In this document: piece after piece, positions 47,388-57,057 of the stretch
Layout: every line of letters begins with the position of its first letter
Position numbering within the stretch: the stretch's first letter is position 1
Source: Spirochaetaceae bacterium
GTDB taxonomy: Bacteria > Spirochaetota > Spirochaetia > DSM-27196 > SKKC01
Reading direction: 5' to 3'
Assembly: GCA_007694005.1 (NCBI GenBank)
Contig: RECN01000104.1
Span: 44,029-108,028 of the forward strand
DNA length: 64,000 nucleotides
Made by a program: the position numbers and the translations under genes
Notes under the pieces: model-generated
What the model saw: only the letters and a program-made list of their open reading frames with translations
Databases searched by the model: none
Told to the model about the DNA's origin: nothing

Positions 47388-49906
47388 TTCGGGTTTGCCG
47401 CGCCGCTTCCTGCGAGTTCGAGGGATGTTTCCACCGCTTTACGCGGCCCCTGTTTGAACGAAATCGAGCCACTTCTGAGGTACACGATAATGTGATCTCC
47501 GGCCTCGAAGCGTCCCTTGAGTATATCCATTGAAAGCGGATCTTCGATCTCGCGCTGTATGGTCCGCCGCAGGGGTCGAGCTCCGTACTTTGCCTCGTAG
47601 CCGTGCTCGATAAGGTAATCCTTCGCGCTGCGTTTGACCTCGAGGATGAGCTCCTTGTCGGCAAGCCGGGTCTGGACCTCTGCAAGCTCGAAGTCGAGTA
47701 TCTTTCGCACGTGATCACGGGTCAGGCTGTGGAAGACGACGATTTCATCGACCCGATTCACGAACTCAGGGCGGAAAAAGCGTTTCAGCTCGTTCATTGC
47801 CGAGGCCTTGATTTCACGATAGTCGAACACGCTGTCATCTCCGCTCTGGAACCCGACGAGGCTGTCGCGCGTAATTTCACGAGCACCGGCGTTACTGGTC
47901 ATTATGATGATCGTGTTTCGGAAGCTGACCTTGTGCCCGAGGTTGTCCTGAAGCTCACCCTCCTCAAGAACCTGCAACAGCAGGTTGAACACGTCGGGAT
48001 GTGCCTTTTCGATCTCGTCGAGAAGAACAACGCTGTACGGTTTACGCCTGATGCGTTCGGTCAGCAAGCCGCCCTCCTCGTACCCGACGTAGCCCGGAGG
48101 TGCACCGACAAGGCGACTCACGTTATGTTTCTCCATAAAGTCGCTCATGTCTATGCGCAGCAGCGCGTCAGGGCTGCCGAACATGAACTCCGCGAGAGTC
48201 TTCGCCAGGAGGGTCTTTCCGACACCGGTGGGCCCGAGAAAGACGAAGCTTCCCATAGGTCGGTGCGGTGAACTGAGCCCGGTCCGGCTGCGTCGTATCG
48301 AACCCGCGATGACTCCAACGGCGTCGTTCTGTCCGATGACCCGTTTGTGGAGCTCCTCTTCGACGTTGAGCAGCTTCTCCTGCTCGGTCTGAGCGATGCG
48401 CTGCAGCGGAATTCCGGTCATATCGGAGATTACGTAGTGAATGTCTTCGGCATCCACCACGTTGTGCTCCGTCTTGAGTGTCACTTTCCATTCATTGCGC
48501 ATGGTCTCCACGCGCTCTTTCAGCTCTCGAACCTGATCCCGCACTGCGGCCGCGCGCTCATAATTCTGACTGTTCACAAGCGCAAGCTTTTCCTGCGTGA
48601 GGCTCTCTATCGTCTGCTCGAGTTCGGCGAGCTCGGTTGGCCTGACGCTGTTATGTATACGCTTCCGGCTGCCTGCCTCATCGATCAGATCGATGGCTTT
48701 ATCGGGAAGATACCGGTCGGTGATGTAGCGACGCGAGAGCGTCGCACTGACCTCGAGTGAGCCGGGTGTGTAGCTCACATTATGGTGATCCTCATACTGT
48801 TTCTTGATTCCACGAAGAATCTCGATGGTTTCTTCGACGCTCGGCTCCTCGACGAATATGGTCTGGAACCGTCGCTCAAGCGCTGCGTCTTTTTCCACGT
48901 ACTTACGGTACTCGCTGAGCGTCGTCGCCCCTATGCACTGTATCTCGCCGCGCGAAAGAGCGGGCTTGAGCATATTCGATGCATCAATGGCGCCCTCGGC
49001 ACCTCCGGCCCCGATGATCGTGTGGAGTTCATCGATAAAGAGGATGATATTCCCGGCGGTCGTGATTTCTTTCATGACCCGTTTGAGACGTTCCTCGAAC
49101 TCACCACGATACTTGGTACCGGCGATCAGAGACGCAAGATCAAGCGTCAGGACGCGTTTTCCGGTCAGCACCTCGGGAGCGCTGCCGTCGATGATCTGAA
49201 GGGCGAGCCCCTCGACGATGGCAGTCTTCCCGACGCCCGGCTCCCCGATGAGAACCGGATTATTCTTGCTTCGGCGGGCAAGGATCTGTATGACCCGCTG
49301 TATCTCACGAGCCCGTCCGACAACCGGATCCAGCTTGCCCGCCGACGCGTAGGCGGTCAGATCCCGGGCAAAGTCGTCGAGCGTCGGAGTGCTCTTTTTC
49401 TGACCCGGCCCACCTGCCTTCCGCTTCGCCTGCGATGCCGAACGCATACCGGACGCGGCTGTCGGCGAGGTGCCGGACAGTTCGGCGATTTCCTGCCGTA
49501 AGCGGTCCACGGTAACGTCAAAGTCGGCCAGAACCCGGGATGTTTCACCGTCTTCTTCACGCGCACACGCGAGAAGCAGGTGTTCGGTGCCTATGTACTC
49601 GTGACCAAGAAGACGAGCTTCTTCGGCCGAATCTTCAAGTACTTTCTTGCCGCGCGGAGAAGGAGGAACATCACCAAGAATGAACCCGCTCTTCTTACGG
49701 GGGATCGATTTTTCCAGTTCAATCTGCATCTTTGCAGGATCAACTATGCACTTCTGAAGAGCCTTGTAACCCAGACCACCGCCCTCTTTGAGCAGGGCCA
49801 GGACAATATGCTCCGGCAATAACTGATCCGAGTGGAAGCGTTTCGCCTCATCTTGAGCAAGAATGGTGAGTACCTTCTGCGCTCGCTGCGTAAGTCCTTT
49901 GAACAT
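47384..49906 (-). CDS. clpC: ATP-dependent Clp protease ATP-binding subunit ClpC
   Basis: ORF 47384-49984. Met27 (49906) gives [24 protein letters not shown], a typical Clp_N start, with a GGGAG RBS. It has two AAA+ modules (GEPGVGKTA; GPTGVGKTL), a UVR-like middle motif ([16 protein letters not shown]) and the ClpP-docking loop LVGF. Confidence 0.85.
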   Translation of the reverse strand: MFKGLTQRAQKVLTILAQDEAKRFHSDQLLPEHIVLALLKEGGGLGYKALQKCIVDPAKMQIELEKSIPRKKSGFILGDVPPSPRGKKVLEDSAEEARLLGHEYIGTEHLLLACAREEDGETSRVLADFDVTVDRLRQEIAELSGTSPTAASGMRSASQAKRKAGGPGQKKSTPTLDDFARDLTAYASAGKLDPVVGRAREIQRVIQILARRSKNNPVLIGEPGVGKTAIVEGLALQIIDGSAPEVLTGKRVLTLDLASLIAGTKYRGEFEERLKRVMKEITTAGNIILFIDELHTIIGAGGAEGAIDASNMLKPALSRGEIQCIGATTLSEYRKYVEKDAALERRFQTIFVEEPSVEETIEILRGIKKQYEDHHNVSYTPGSLEVSATLSRRYITDRYLPDKAIDLIDEAGSRKRIHNSVRPTELAELEQTIESLTQEKLALVNSQNYERAAAVRDQVRELKERVETMRNEWKVTLKTEHNVVDAEDIHYVISDMTGIPLQRIAQTEQEKLLNVEEELHKRVIGQNDAVGVIAGSIRRSRTGLSSPHRPMGSFVFLGPTGVGKTLLAKTLAEFMFGSPDALLRIDMSDFMEKHNVSRLVGAPPGYVGYEEGGLLTERIRRKPYSVVLLDEIEKAHPDVFNLLLQVLEEGELQDNLGHKVSFRNTIIIMTSNAGAREITRDSLVGFQSGDDSVFDYREIKASAMNELKRFFRPEFVNRVDEIVVFHSLTRDHVRKILDFELAEVQTRLADKELILEVKRSAKDYLIEHGYEAKYGARPLRRTIQREIEDPLSMDILKGRFEAGDHIIVYLRSGSISFKQGPRKAVETSLELAGSGAANPN

Positions 49907-50021
49907 TGCGCTCTGCTCCCTGTTGTGGCTATTTCGGCGTACCTGCCGGAACAGCCAGTTAATCGTTTCGCCCACCGCCTTCACGGCAGGCCCTGAGGCC
50001 GGTCGAGCCTCTTGCGTTCAG

Positions 50022-51092
50022 TTACAACAACCTGCGTACCAGGTCCGCCCGGTGCGCAGCGACCATGCTGTCGGTAATACCGGAACTGTCCCCCCTGGTC
50101 CCGATACTGCCTCCGCCTGCTTCTATGCCCCTCAATATATGGCTTTTCTGTACCTCGAACAACAAGGGAGTAATCTGCTCCGTGCTCGACCCGGGAATCA
50201 GTCCGACCGCCGCTCCGACCCGTAGCCAGAGCACCGTCCGCAGCGCGTCCTCGGTCTCGAGAGCCGTAGCCATTCTCATGAAACTGAGCGCCTCGTCTAT
50301 GTGCCTGCGGAAATCAGAGCTTTCCTGCTCAACAAGCTTCAGACGGCTTTCCCGCTCCACCTGCACGATCTCCCCTGTCACCGCCTCGAGTTCACGAATA
50401 ACGGTTTCCTCGCTCTTTCCGAACTCTCCGCGGTCAGAGATCTGGTACACCGAACCGAGGCTGCTGTCCTGCGACGATGCAAATCGCTTTACTCGAAATC
50501 CAGCCGCCTGAACCCGTGAGAGAACATCCTGCAGTTCACCGGTTTCCGATATCGCAGGAACATGCAGAAGCGTTCCACATCTCATGCCGGTGCCACAGGA
50601 GGCGATTTCGCTGGTAAGGAATCCGAAGTTCATGTCCACGGCGAAACGAAGTGTTTCGTCAAGCTCCTCGTCGAGGGATCGGACATCGGCGAGCACATCC
50701 TGAGCGCGCAGACCCGTCCTCAGCCCTACAATGCGTATGTGATCAGCACCGTTCACCGCGACGCTGACCTTCTGGTCCCTGCGTATGCAGAGCAGAAGAG
50801 GCCGTTGCTCCTTGTCATCGCCTGCGAGAAGGTTTCGCTCCGTGAGATACCGCAGTTGCGAGAGCCCTGTGGTGTTTATGTCGAGGTGACGATAATGAGG
50901 CCTGGCGAGTACATCCGCGACGACCGGGACCATACGGACGAGCAGCTCGTTGCGATCCTGCTCGGTCATTCGCGACGGAAAAGCGAGTCCTGTCAGGTTT
51001 CTGGCGAGACGGACACGGGTAGAAATGACGACATCGTCGTCGGGGCCGGATTCTGCAAACCAGGCAGGATCATCGTATATGGTGTCAGACAT
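50022..51092 (-). CDS. mcsB: Protein arginine kinase McsB (ATP:guanido phosphotransferase)
   Basis: ORF 50022-51119. Met10 (51092) gives MSDTIYDDPAWFAESGPDDDVVISTRVRLARNLTGLAFPS, which aligns with the McsB N-terminus. CGTGMRCGTLLHVPA is present. Overlaps the mcsA stop (ATGTCTGA). Confidence 0.85.
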   Translation of the reverse strand: MSDTIYDDPAWFAESGPDDDVVISTRVRLARNLTGLAFPSRMTEQDRNELLVRMVPVVADVLARPHYRHLDINTTGLSQLRYLTERNLLAGDDKEQRPLLLCIRRDQKVSVAVNGADHIRIVGLRTGLRAQDVLADVRSLDEELDETLRFAVDMNFGFLTSEIASCGTGMRCGTLLHVPAISETGELQDVLSRVQAAGFRVKRFASSQDSSLGSVYQISDRGEFGKSEETVIRELEAVTGEIVQVERESRLKLVEQESSDFRRHIDEALSFMRMATALETEDALRTVLWLRVGAAVGLIPGSSTEQITPLLFEVQKSHILRGIEAGGGSIGTRGDSSGITDSMVAAHRADLVRRLL

Positions 51093-51603
51093 CGTTCTGC
51101 TCACTCGAACCGTTCTCAAGACGTCGCATATCTTCTCTCAGCTTCGCTGCGTGCTCGTAATCCTCCTGCGCAACGGCTTCTTCGAGTCGCTGTCGCAGCT
51201 GTTCCCTGGTGACAAATATCCGCCTCAGAGCGTCAACACGCTGAGGGAGTCTCCCCCCGTAGTTCAGATCACTGCGTGTAATTTCAAGCAGATCACGGAT
51301 ACCCGACGAAAACGAGGCATAACAGGAGGCACAACCCGCAGTTCCCGAGCGCCGTATATCCCCAAAGCGGGTACCACACTGTCGGCATCGACTTTCGTCG
51401 AGCCGTCGGCGCAGCCGGTTAGATCCACGCAGTATCGACTGATACAGATCATTCAGAACCGGGGTGTGTTGCTGATTCGAGTGTATACCGAGTTTCTCGG
51501 CACACACTTCACAGAGAGAGAAGTCATTTCTGGAAGTGCCTGCGGCGACCGAAACCTGAATTACCGCCTCAGCGCTTCCGCACTGTTCGCACGATTTCTG
51601 CAT
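51085..51603 (-). CDS. mcsA: McsA-like activator (zinc-finger Cys pairs plus a UVR motif)
   Basis: 172-aa ORF. Cys pairs: CEQCGSAEAV...CEVC, CRQCG...CASC. The C-terminal UVR motif is EDYEHAAKLREDMRRLE. Sits directly upstream of mcsB. Confidence 0.75.
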   Translation of the reverse strand: MQKSCEQCGSAEAVIQVSVAAGTSRNDFSLCEVCAEKLGIHSNQQHTPVLNDLYQSILRGSNRLRRRLDESRCRQCGTRFGDIRRSGTAGCASCYASFSSGIRDLLEITRSDLNYGGRLPQRVDALRRIFVTREQLRQRLEEAVAQEDYEHAAKLREDMRRLENGSSEQNDV

Positions 51604-51645
51604 ATACCCTCATTGTAGCGCACTACACATAAAAAGATCAGCCCA

Positions 51646-53001
51646 TCAGTGTTTTCGCAGTATCTCAAGCGGGCGAATACGGGCAGCGCGTCGCGCCGGA
51701 ATGACCGAGGAAACGGTGGCAAGCGTTACCGCGAGCGCAGCCGCAGCAACGGTCGCTACAGCATCGATGCGAACAGGAATCTCTTCGAGATAGAACTCGC
51801 TCGTTATGATGTCTACCGCGCCTATTGGTGCAAAACCGAGCGGGACGAGGATACGATCGAGCAGGTACGCTGCGATACTGATGACCCGTTCAATGATGAA
51901 CAGAAGCTCATTCACGTGCACGGCGAGCGCAAGACCGAACACGATGCCCGCGAGCGTGCCGATGGAACCGATCAGAAACCCGGCAGACATGAACATGAGC
52001 CGGATGTCGGCCGGCGACGCTCCGATGCTCTTGAGGATGGCCAGATCCTCCCGTTTCTCGATGCTGAGTGTCGCAAGCGTCGAGGCGATGTTTACCCCGG
52101 CGACACAGACAATAATAAACATTACCAGTACCAGAAGGTTTCTCGTCGCGACAAAACTCATGTACTGGGAGCGTTCGATCTCAAACCAGTCCTGCTGTAT
52201 CCAGCCTTCGGGCAGCGACGCGGCTACGGCGCGTCTGGTCATTTCGCCTTCACCGTCCCCGCTGAACAGCGGATTATCGATCCCGAAGGGGTCATCAATC
52301 TTGATAGTAATCCGTGTCGATGAGCTCTCAGGCGAAAGCACACGACGACTGCGATCATAGCGGACGAATACCCAGAGACGATCGAGATCCTGATAACCGG
52401 TCGATACGATCCCTGACACACGGAATGTTGAGACTCGGGGAAGGACGCGATCCGAGCCCATTGTACGGACGGTAAGAATTCTGAAGGGATCTCCTACCGA
52501 AACTCCAAGGCGCCGGGCCATGTCGCGTCCCATTATCGCATCCTGAGGATTCTCGAGGTCAAAGGAACCTGCATCGACCCTGATCAGTCGCCGAAACTCT
52601 GAATCAGCGTCCCAGAGCGATGGGTCTACGCCACGGACCGTCGCGCCTGCCCGACCGATGTCACTGTATGCGAGTGCCAGCCCCTGCATCTCCGGGAATG
52701 CGGTTCGGACTCCCGGGATATCGCGTATCCCGGCCGCGATACGGTCGAAGGACGTCTCATCTGCGGAAAACCGGGGCCGTGCCTGTATGTGTCCGGTCCC
52801 GGCCTCGATAAATCGCTCGGCAATTCCGAGTATCATCCCTTCGGCAACCTGCAGAACGAGAAGCAGGGGGAGAAGACTCAACGCGATACCGATGACGGCC
52901 GACCGCACCCGCCGAACGCCTCCTGTGCCGCCACCGATAAAACGATATCCGACGAACAGAGACACAAATCGTATGCGAAAAAGGGAGGTACGGGTTTTCA
53001 T
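51646..53001 (-). CDS. LolC/E-family (FtsX/MacB-type) ABC transporter permease
   Basis: 451-aa ORF. Layout is a TM segment, a large periplasmic domain, then 3 C-terminal TM segments with an FtsX-like tail (ILKSIGASPADIRLMF...). 4-nt overlap with the ATPase gene. Confidence 0.75.
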   Translation of the reverse strand: MKTRTSLFRIRFVSLFVGYRFIGGGTGGVRRVRSAVIGIALSLLPLLLVLQVAEGMILGIAERFIEAGTGHIQARPRFSADETSFDRIAAGIRDIPGVRTAFPEMQGLALAYSDIGRAGATVRGVDPSLWDADSEFRRLIRVDAGSFDLENPQDAIMGRDMARRLGVSVGDPFRILTVRTMGSDRVLPRVSTFRVSGIVSTGYQDLDRLWVFVRYDRSRRVLSPESSSTRITIKIDDPFGIDNPLFSGDGEGEMTRRAVAASLPEGWIQQDWFEIERSQYMSFVATRNLLVLVMFIIVCVAGVNIASTLATLSIEKREDLAILKSIGASPADIRLMFMSAGFLIGSIGTLAGIVFGLALAVHVNELLFIIERVISIAAYLLDRILVPLGFAPIGAVDIITSEFYLEEIPVRIDAVATVAAAALAVTLATVSSVIPARRAARIRPLEILRKH

Positions 53002-53702
53002 GCCGTTTCGACACGCCCGTGCGAGAGCTTCAGTGTCCGGGCACAGCGCTGTGCGAGGTCCTGATCGTGTGTAACCAGCAAGAGCGTAGCACCAACTTCT
53101 TCTACAAGCTCGAACATGAGAGCTTCTACGGTGCGACTGTTGTTCTCGTCAAGATTTCCTGTCGGCTCATCCGCAAGCAGGAGCCGGGGGCTGTTCATGA
53201 GCGCCCGTGCGAGCGCGACACGCTGCCGCTCTCCTCCACTGAGACGCGACGGTTCATGATCTTCCCGGTCCTGCAAACCAACCCTGTGGAGCAGACTCCG
53301 CGCCCGCTCACGAGCCGCGTGCACGTCCATACCGGCAACCCTGCCCGGCAGAGTCACATTCTCGAGCGCGGTAAAATCGCGCAGCAGATAGTGAAACTGA
53401 TATACCAGCCCGACCGAACTGCGTCTGTATTCGGTGAGGTCAGATTCGGATGCGTGGGACACGTGGTGGCCGTCGCAGTACACTGAGCCGGCCGAAGGAA
53501 CATCGAGGCCTGAGATCAGATTCAGAAGGGTGCTTTTGCCGCTTCCGCTTTCACCGGTAATGCCGACGGTCGTCCCGTAATCGACCGACAGCGTTACATC
53601 CTGCAGTATTGTAAGACGTTCTGCCCCGCTCTGGTACTGCTTGTACACGCCGTCGAGTCTGATATGGCTGTCTGTCTGTTTACTGTTCATGGAGAACCTC
53701 AT
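52998..53702 (-). CDS. lolD: Lipoprotein-releasing-system-type ABC ATPase (LolD-like)
   Basis: 234-aa ORF. Walker A is GESGSGKSTLL, the signature is LSGGERQRVALARAL and Walker B is LLLADEPTGNLD. Flanked by two LolC/E-type permeases. Confidence 0.75.
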   Translation of the reverse strand: MRFSMNSKQTDSHIRLDGVYKQYQSGAERLTILQDVTLSVDYGTTVGITGESGSGKSTLLNLISGLDVPSAGSVYCDGHHVSHASESDLTEYRRSSVGLVYQFHYLLRDFTALENVTLPGRVAGMDVHAARERARSLLHRVGLQDREDHEPSRLSGGERQRVALARALMNSPRLLLADEPTGNLDENNSRTVEALMFELVEEVGATLLLVTHDQDLAQRCARTLKLSHGRVETA

Positions 53703-55015
53703 TCATCCCTCAGCACGTCTGCCGGTCTGATTCTGCTCGCTCGCAGACTCGCGAACCAGGCGGCGCTCACCGAAGCGATGATTGCGAAGAACACGATACC
53801 GAAAACTTCACGAAAAAACAGCTCGACCGGGACATCTCGAAGGAAAAACATGGTCGAAGAAACCGCACCGCCAGACGGTGCTGCCAAACCGAAGGCCGCG
53901 TCAAGAACTGATAGTGCACCCGCGACGAAGGACTCAAACACGCCTACAAGCCTGTTCACTTCGTTCGCCCCGAGCAGGCCTATCACCAGGCCGGCAGCGG
54001 AACCGATCGTACCTATCACAAAGCCTTCTATGACAAAAACTGCCTGCACATCCAGCGGGGCCGCGCCCATGCCTTTCAGTATGGCTATCTCGTCGGCCCG
54101 TTCATGCACGCTGCGTCTGAGACTCTGGTAGATGTTCGCACCGACGACCACAAAGATCAGTCCCAGCAACAGCGTCATAATGAGCTTTTCGGTACGCAGG
54201 GCGCTGAACATCGCACGATTATACTCGCGCCAGCTTCTGACGTCGTGCATATCCTGCCCGCCCGGCAGGATAGCTATCTGCTCCCGTACACGAAGGTCGG
54301 AAAAGCGGTCCGACAGCTTGATTCCGATGAACTGATCCTCACGACCAACTGAGAACAACTCCGATGCGGTGTCGAGACTGATGATGGCGAGACTCAGATC
54401 ATACTCATAGAAACCCGTGCGGAAACTACCGGTGACTTCGAGTGACGCTTCGCGCGGTAGACGTCCTCCGCGCTGCGACTCTCCGAGGGTGATAACCGGA
54501 ATGGTATCGCCTACGCGAACACCCAGAGCGCGTCTGAGTTCCTCGCCGAGGATCACGGTGCCGGGTCGGGCGAAATCGAGCCGACCCGCGACGGACTGCA
54601 CCGTCTGCTCAAAACCGGGATCGCGATCGAATACATCCACCGGTAGACCACGGAAGGCCACTCCCCGAGTTGTTCCGAAAAACCCGTGAACAATGCCCTC
54701 CAGGTCCGCCACCGGTACCGCCGAAATAACGCCGGGCAGACCTGTCAGTGCCTCCGCATCGCCGTCGTTTTCCGGCCACTGCGTATCGTACACCCGCAGA
54801 TGATAACTGTTGACCTCGAGCATCGCCTCTATGGTCCCGAGCTGAAATCCGTTCATGATGCTCAGGATCATGACCAGTGCGGCAACACCGGCAGCAATGC
54901 CAAGCACGCTGAGACGCGAGGCGGTATTTCCGTCGCTTTCCCGTCGAGACTGTATATGGCGCCCGGAGACCAGGAGCAGCCATCGCAGGCGATTAAAAAT
55001 GCCGTTCACGGACAA
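53699..55015 (-). CDS. LolC/E-family (FtsX/MacB-type) ABC transporter permease
   Basis: 438-aa ORF with the same architecture as 51646-53001 (ILKGMGAAPLDVQAVF...). Confidence 0.75.
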   Translation of the reverse strand: MSVNGIFNRLRWLLLVSGRHIQSRRESDGNTASRLSVLGIAAGVAALVMILSIMNGFQLGTIEAMLEVNSYHLRVYDTQWPENDGDAEALTGLPGVISAVPVADLEGIVHGFFGTTRGVAFRGLPVDVFDRDPGFEQTVQSVAGRLDFARPGTVILGEELRRALGVRVGDTIPVITLGESQRGGRLPREASLEVTGSFRTGFYEYDLSLAIISLDTASELFSVGREDQFIGIKLSDRFSDLRVREQIAILPGGQDMHDVRSWREYNRAMFSALRTEKLIMTLLLGLIFVVVGANIYQSLRRSVHERADEIAILKGMGAAPLDVQAVFVIEGFVIGTIGSAAGLVIGLLGANEVNRLVGVFESFVAGALSVLDAAFGLAAPSGGAVSSTMFFLRDVPVELFFREVFGIVFFAIIASVSAAWFASLRASRIRPADVLRDE

Positions 55016-56135
55016 CCTCCCCGTCTTGAAGCACCTGTTCGCGCACGCGATTCTCAGCGATAAACTCTATGCGAAGCACCGGTTCTCCCGCGATAAACCG
55101 CGTTTCCCAGACACGCTCATTTTCCCCGTATTCGCGAAGTCGCACCATGCTTCCGTCCCGCAGACGTTCAGATCGCGTCAGCGAGCCATCTTCGTTGTGA
55201 TAGTACCTGATGACTTCGTCGGGCCCATCACTTCGCGTTGTTTCCTCGGAATGCAGAAGTTCACTTTCGTATGTCATCCTGCGCGATATAAGGACCTCAC
55301 CTTCCCGCGATGTCGTATGGGTCACAACGCGCCCATCTCCGTCGAACGCGTAGGTCTCCGTTCGCCCCGTGCCGGCATCCCAGGTGACTCTACCACTCAA
55401 TACGACAGGCCCGGTTCCAGCCGGCCTCGCCCACTCCCAGCGTTCCCACTCCATGAGCTCACCGCCACGATACGCCTCGGCGCGCACGATCTGCCCTGCA
55501 CTACCGTATCTGATCAGAAGATCCTCCCGCCCGTCGGAATGCCATTCTTCAACGAGGGTCGTATCGCGGAACAGGTACTCACTGAAACGGCGGGTACCGG
55601 TCGCGTCGACGCGAGTGACCGAACGCAACCTCCCGTCGGACGTGTAGCGAAACGTTTCGCGATACGACGTGTCAGGATCTCGATGATCACTTCTGAGTCC
55701 GAGCAGGCGGGGACCTTCGTAGGCGTATGAGCGCTCTTCAAGAACACCCCGGGAATCGTGAACGGTAACACGTTCTACGAGGCCGTCGGAGTTGAACACC
55801 CGTTCTTCATAACCGTCGTCCGTGTACTCGGTCTCCCGGATCCGTCGTCCCCCACGGGTCTCAATTACGGTTCGTGCTTCGACACCGTCGATCCCTTCAA
55901 GAATGCGTTCATGGCGCACTGTTCCGTCGGATGAGGATGACAGGCGGCGCACACGAAGCACGTAGGGTAATTCGTCATCCAGTACTCGATCGGCGTCGGG
56001 AGGCCCGAGTCGCTCGAGCTTCATGCCGACGGTATTTGAGCGATAAAGCCCTTCGGTGAGTGCATGCAATACGGGCGCAGCACACAACAGGAGCAGCAGA
56101 AACAGTATGTGCATCTCTCGCACAATTCTGATCAT
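54993..56135 (-). CDS. Secreted beta-hairpin-repeat protein (MORN-variant/YD-like repeats)
   Basis: 380-aa ORF with the signal peptide MHILFLLLLLCAAPVLHA. Repeats recur (ETEYTDDGYEERVFNSDGLVERV, FRYTSDGRLRSV, AFDGDGRVVTH, YYHNEDGSLTRSERLRDGSMVRLREY). Its 3' end overlaps the lolC-like start by 23 nt. Confidence 0.5.
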   Translation of the reverse strand: MIRIVREMHILFLLLLLCAAPVLHALTEGLYRSNTVGMKLERLGPPDADRVLDDELPYVLRVRRLSSSSDGTVRHERILEGIDGVEARTVIETRGGRRIRETEYTDDGYEERVFNSDGLVERVTVHDSRGVLEERSYAYEGPRLLGLRSDHRDPDTSYRETFRYTSDGRLRSVTRVDATGTRRFSEYLFRDTTLVEEWHSDGREDLLIRYGSAGQIVRAEAYRGGELMEWERWEWARPAGTGPVVLSGRVTWDAGTGRTETYAFDGDGRVVTHTTSREGEVLISRRMTYESELLHSEETTRSDGPDEVIRYYHNEDGSLTRSERLRDGSMVRLREYGENERVWETRFIAGEPVLRIEFIAENRVREQVLQDGEVVRERHF

Positions 56136-57040
56136 CCGGGTACGTCGTCATCCATACCGGTTGAGACCGGATCCCCGATGAGTCTGCGCAGGTAATCATC
56201 GACCGAAAACGGCTGAAGGCTCTCATAGGTTTCGCCGGTACCGAGAAACGCGAAGGGAATACCGAGTGAGCGTGAGATCTGTACGGCGATGCCACCTTTG
56301 GCAGTCGAGTCGTACTTCGCAAGAATCGCGGCGTCCACGCCGACAGCCTCGTGGAAGAGTTCCGCCTGCCGGTAACCGTTCTGACCCGTTGTTGAATCGA
56401 TGACCATGACTTTCCGGTAATGCGCAGGATCGATCTGCCTCCGCACCACTTTATCTATCTTGGCGAGTTGTCCGACCAGATCGGCGCGGGTGTGCATACG
56501 CCCCGCAGTGTCAGCTATGACCAGACGTTCTCCACGTGATTTCGCGCTGGCCAGGGCATCGAAGATAACTGACGCGGGGTCGGCGTTCTGGCCCTGCTGC
56601 ACGACGCGTATACCGAGCCGCTCTCCATGGGTGACGAGCTGCTGTACGGCCGCTGCTCGAAAGGTGTCGCCCGCGGCGAGCACCACTCCGCTGACTCCAA
56701 GTACGTCCCGGTAGTAGCGGGCGAGCTTCGCACATGAGGTCGTTTTTCCGGTCCCGTTCACGCCGAGTATCAGATACAGCGTCACGTCAGCTTCGGGATC
56801 CGGCCTGAGATCGACAGCCCGCAGACCTTCGGATACCCGTTTCGCGAGAACATCCATGACTGTGTCACGATCGGCACCACGACCGGCCATTGCCTCAACG
56901 TCGCCGACGATCTCCGCGGCAAGCCGCGATCCGACATCAGCTTCAATCAGTATGTCTTCAAGATTCTCAATAAGGGCTTCATCGATTTTCGAGCCTGTGA
57001 AAAGAGCCCGTATTTTTGCACCAAGACCGGTTTTTTTCAT
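56132..57040 (-). CDS. ftsY: Signal recognition particle receptor FtsY
   Basis: 302-aa ORF. The NG domain has ILGVNGTGKTTSCAKLA, AAGDTFRAAA, DTAGR and LAKYDSTAKGG. Confidence 0.9.
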   Translation of the reverse strand: MKKTGLGAKIRALFTGSKIDEALIENLEDILIEADVGSRLAAEIVGDVEAMAGRGADRDTVMDVLAKRVSEGLRAVDLRPDPEADVTLYLILGVNGTGKTTSCAKLARYYRDVLGVSGVVLAAGDTFRAAAVQQLVTHGERLGIRVVQQGQNADPASVIFDALASAKSRGERLVIADTAGRMHTRADLVGQLAKIDKVVRRQIDPAHYRKVMVIDSTTGQNGYRQAELFHEAVGVDAAILAKYDSTAKGGIAVQISRSLGIPFAFLGTGETYESLQPFSVDDYLRRLIGDPVSTGMDDDVPG

Positions 57041-57057
57041 GGTTCAAGAGCCTGCTG

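Noticed and set aside
50562-51618. 216-aa and 222-aa + strand ORFs opposite mcsB and mcsA
   Set aside because: Shadow ORFs. McsB and McsA motifs are continuous on the minus strand.
49907-51660. Search for CtsR operator heptads (GGTCAAA direct repeats) upstream of mcsA and clpC
   Set aside because: None were seen on either strand in the two upstream regions, so no CtsR box is annotated.
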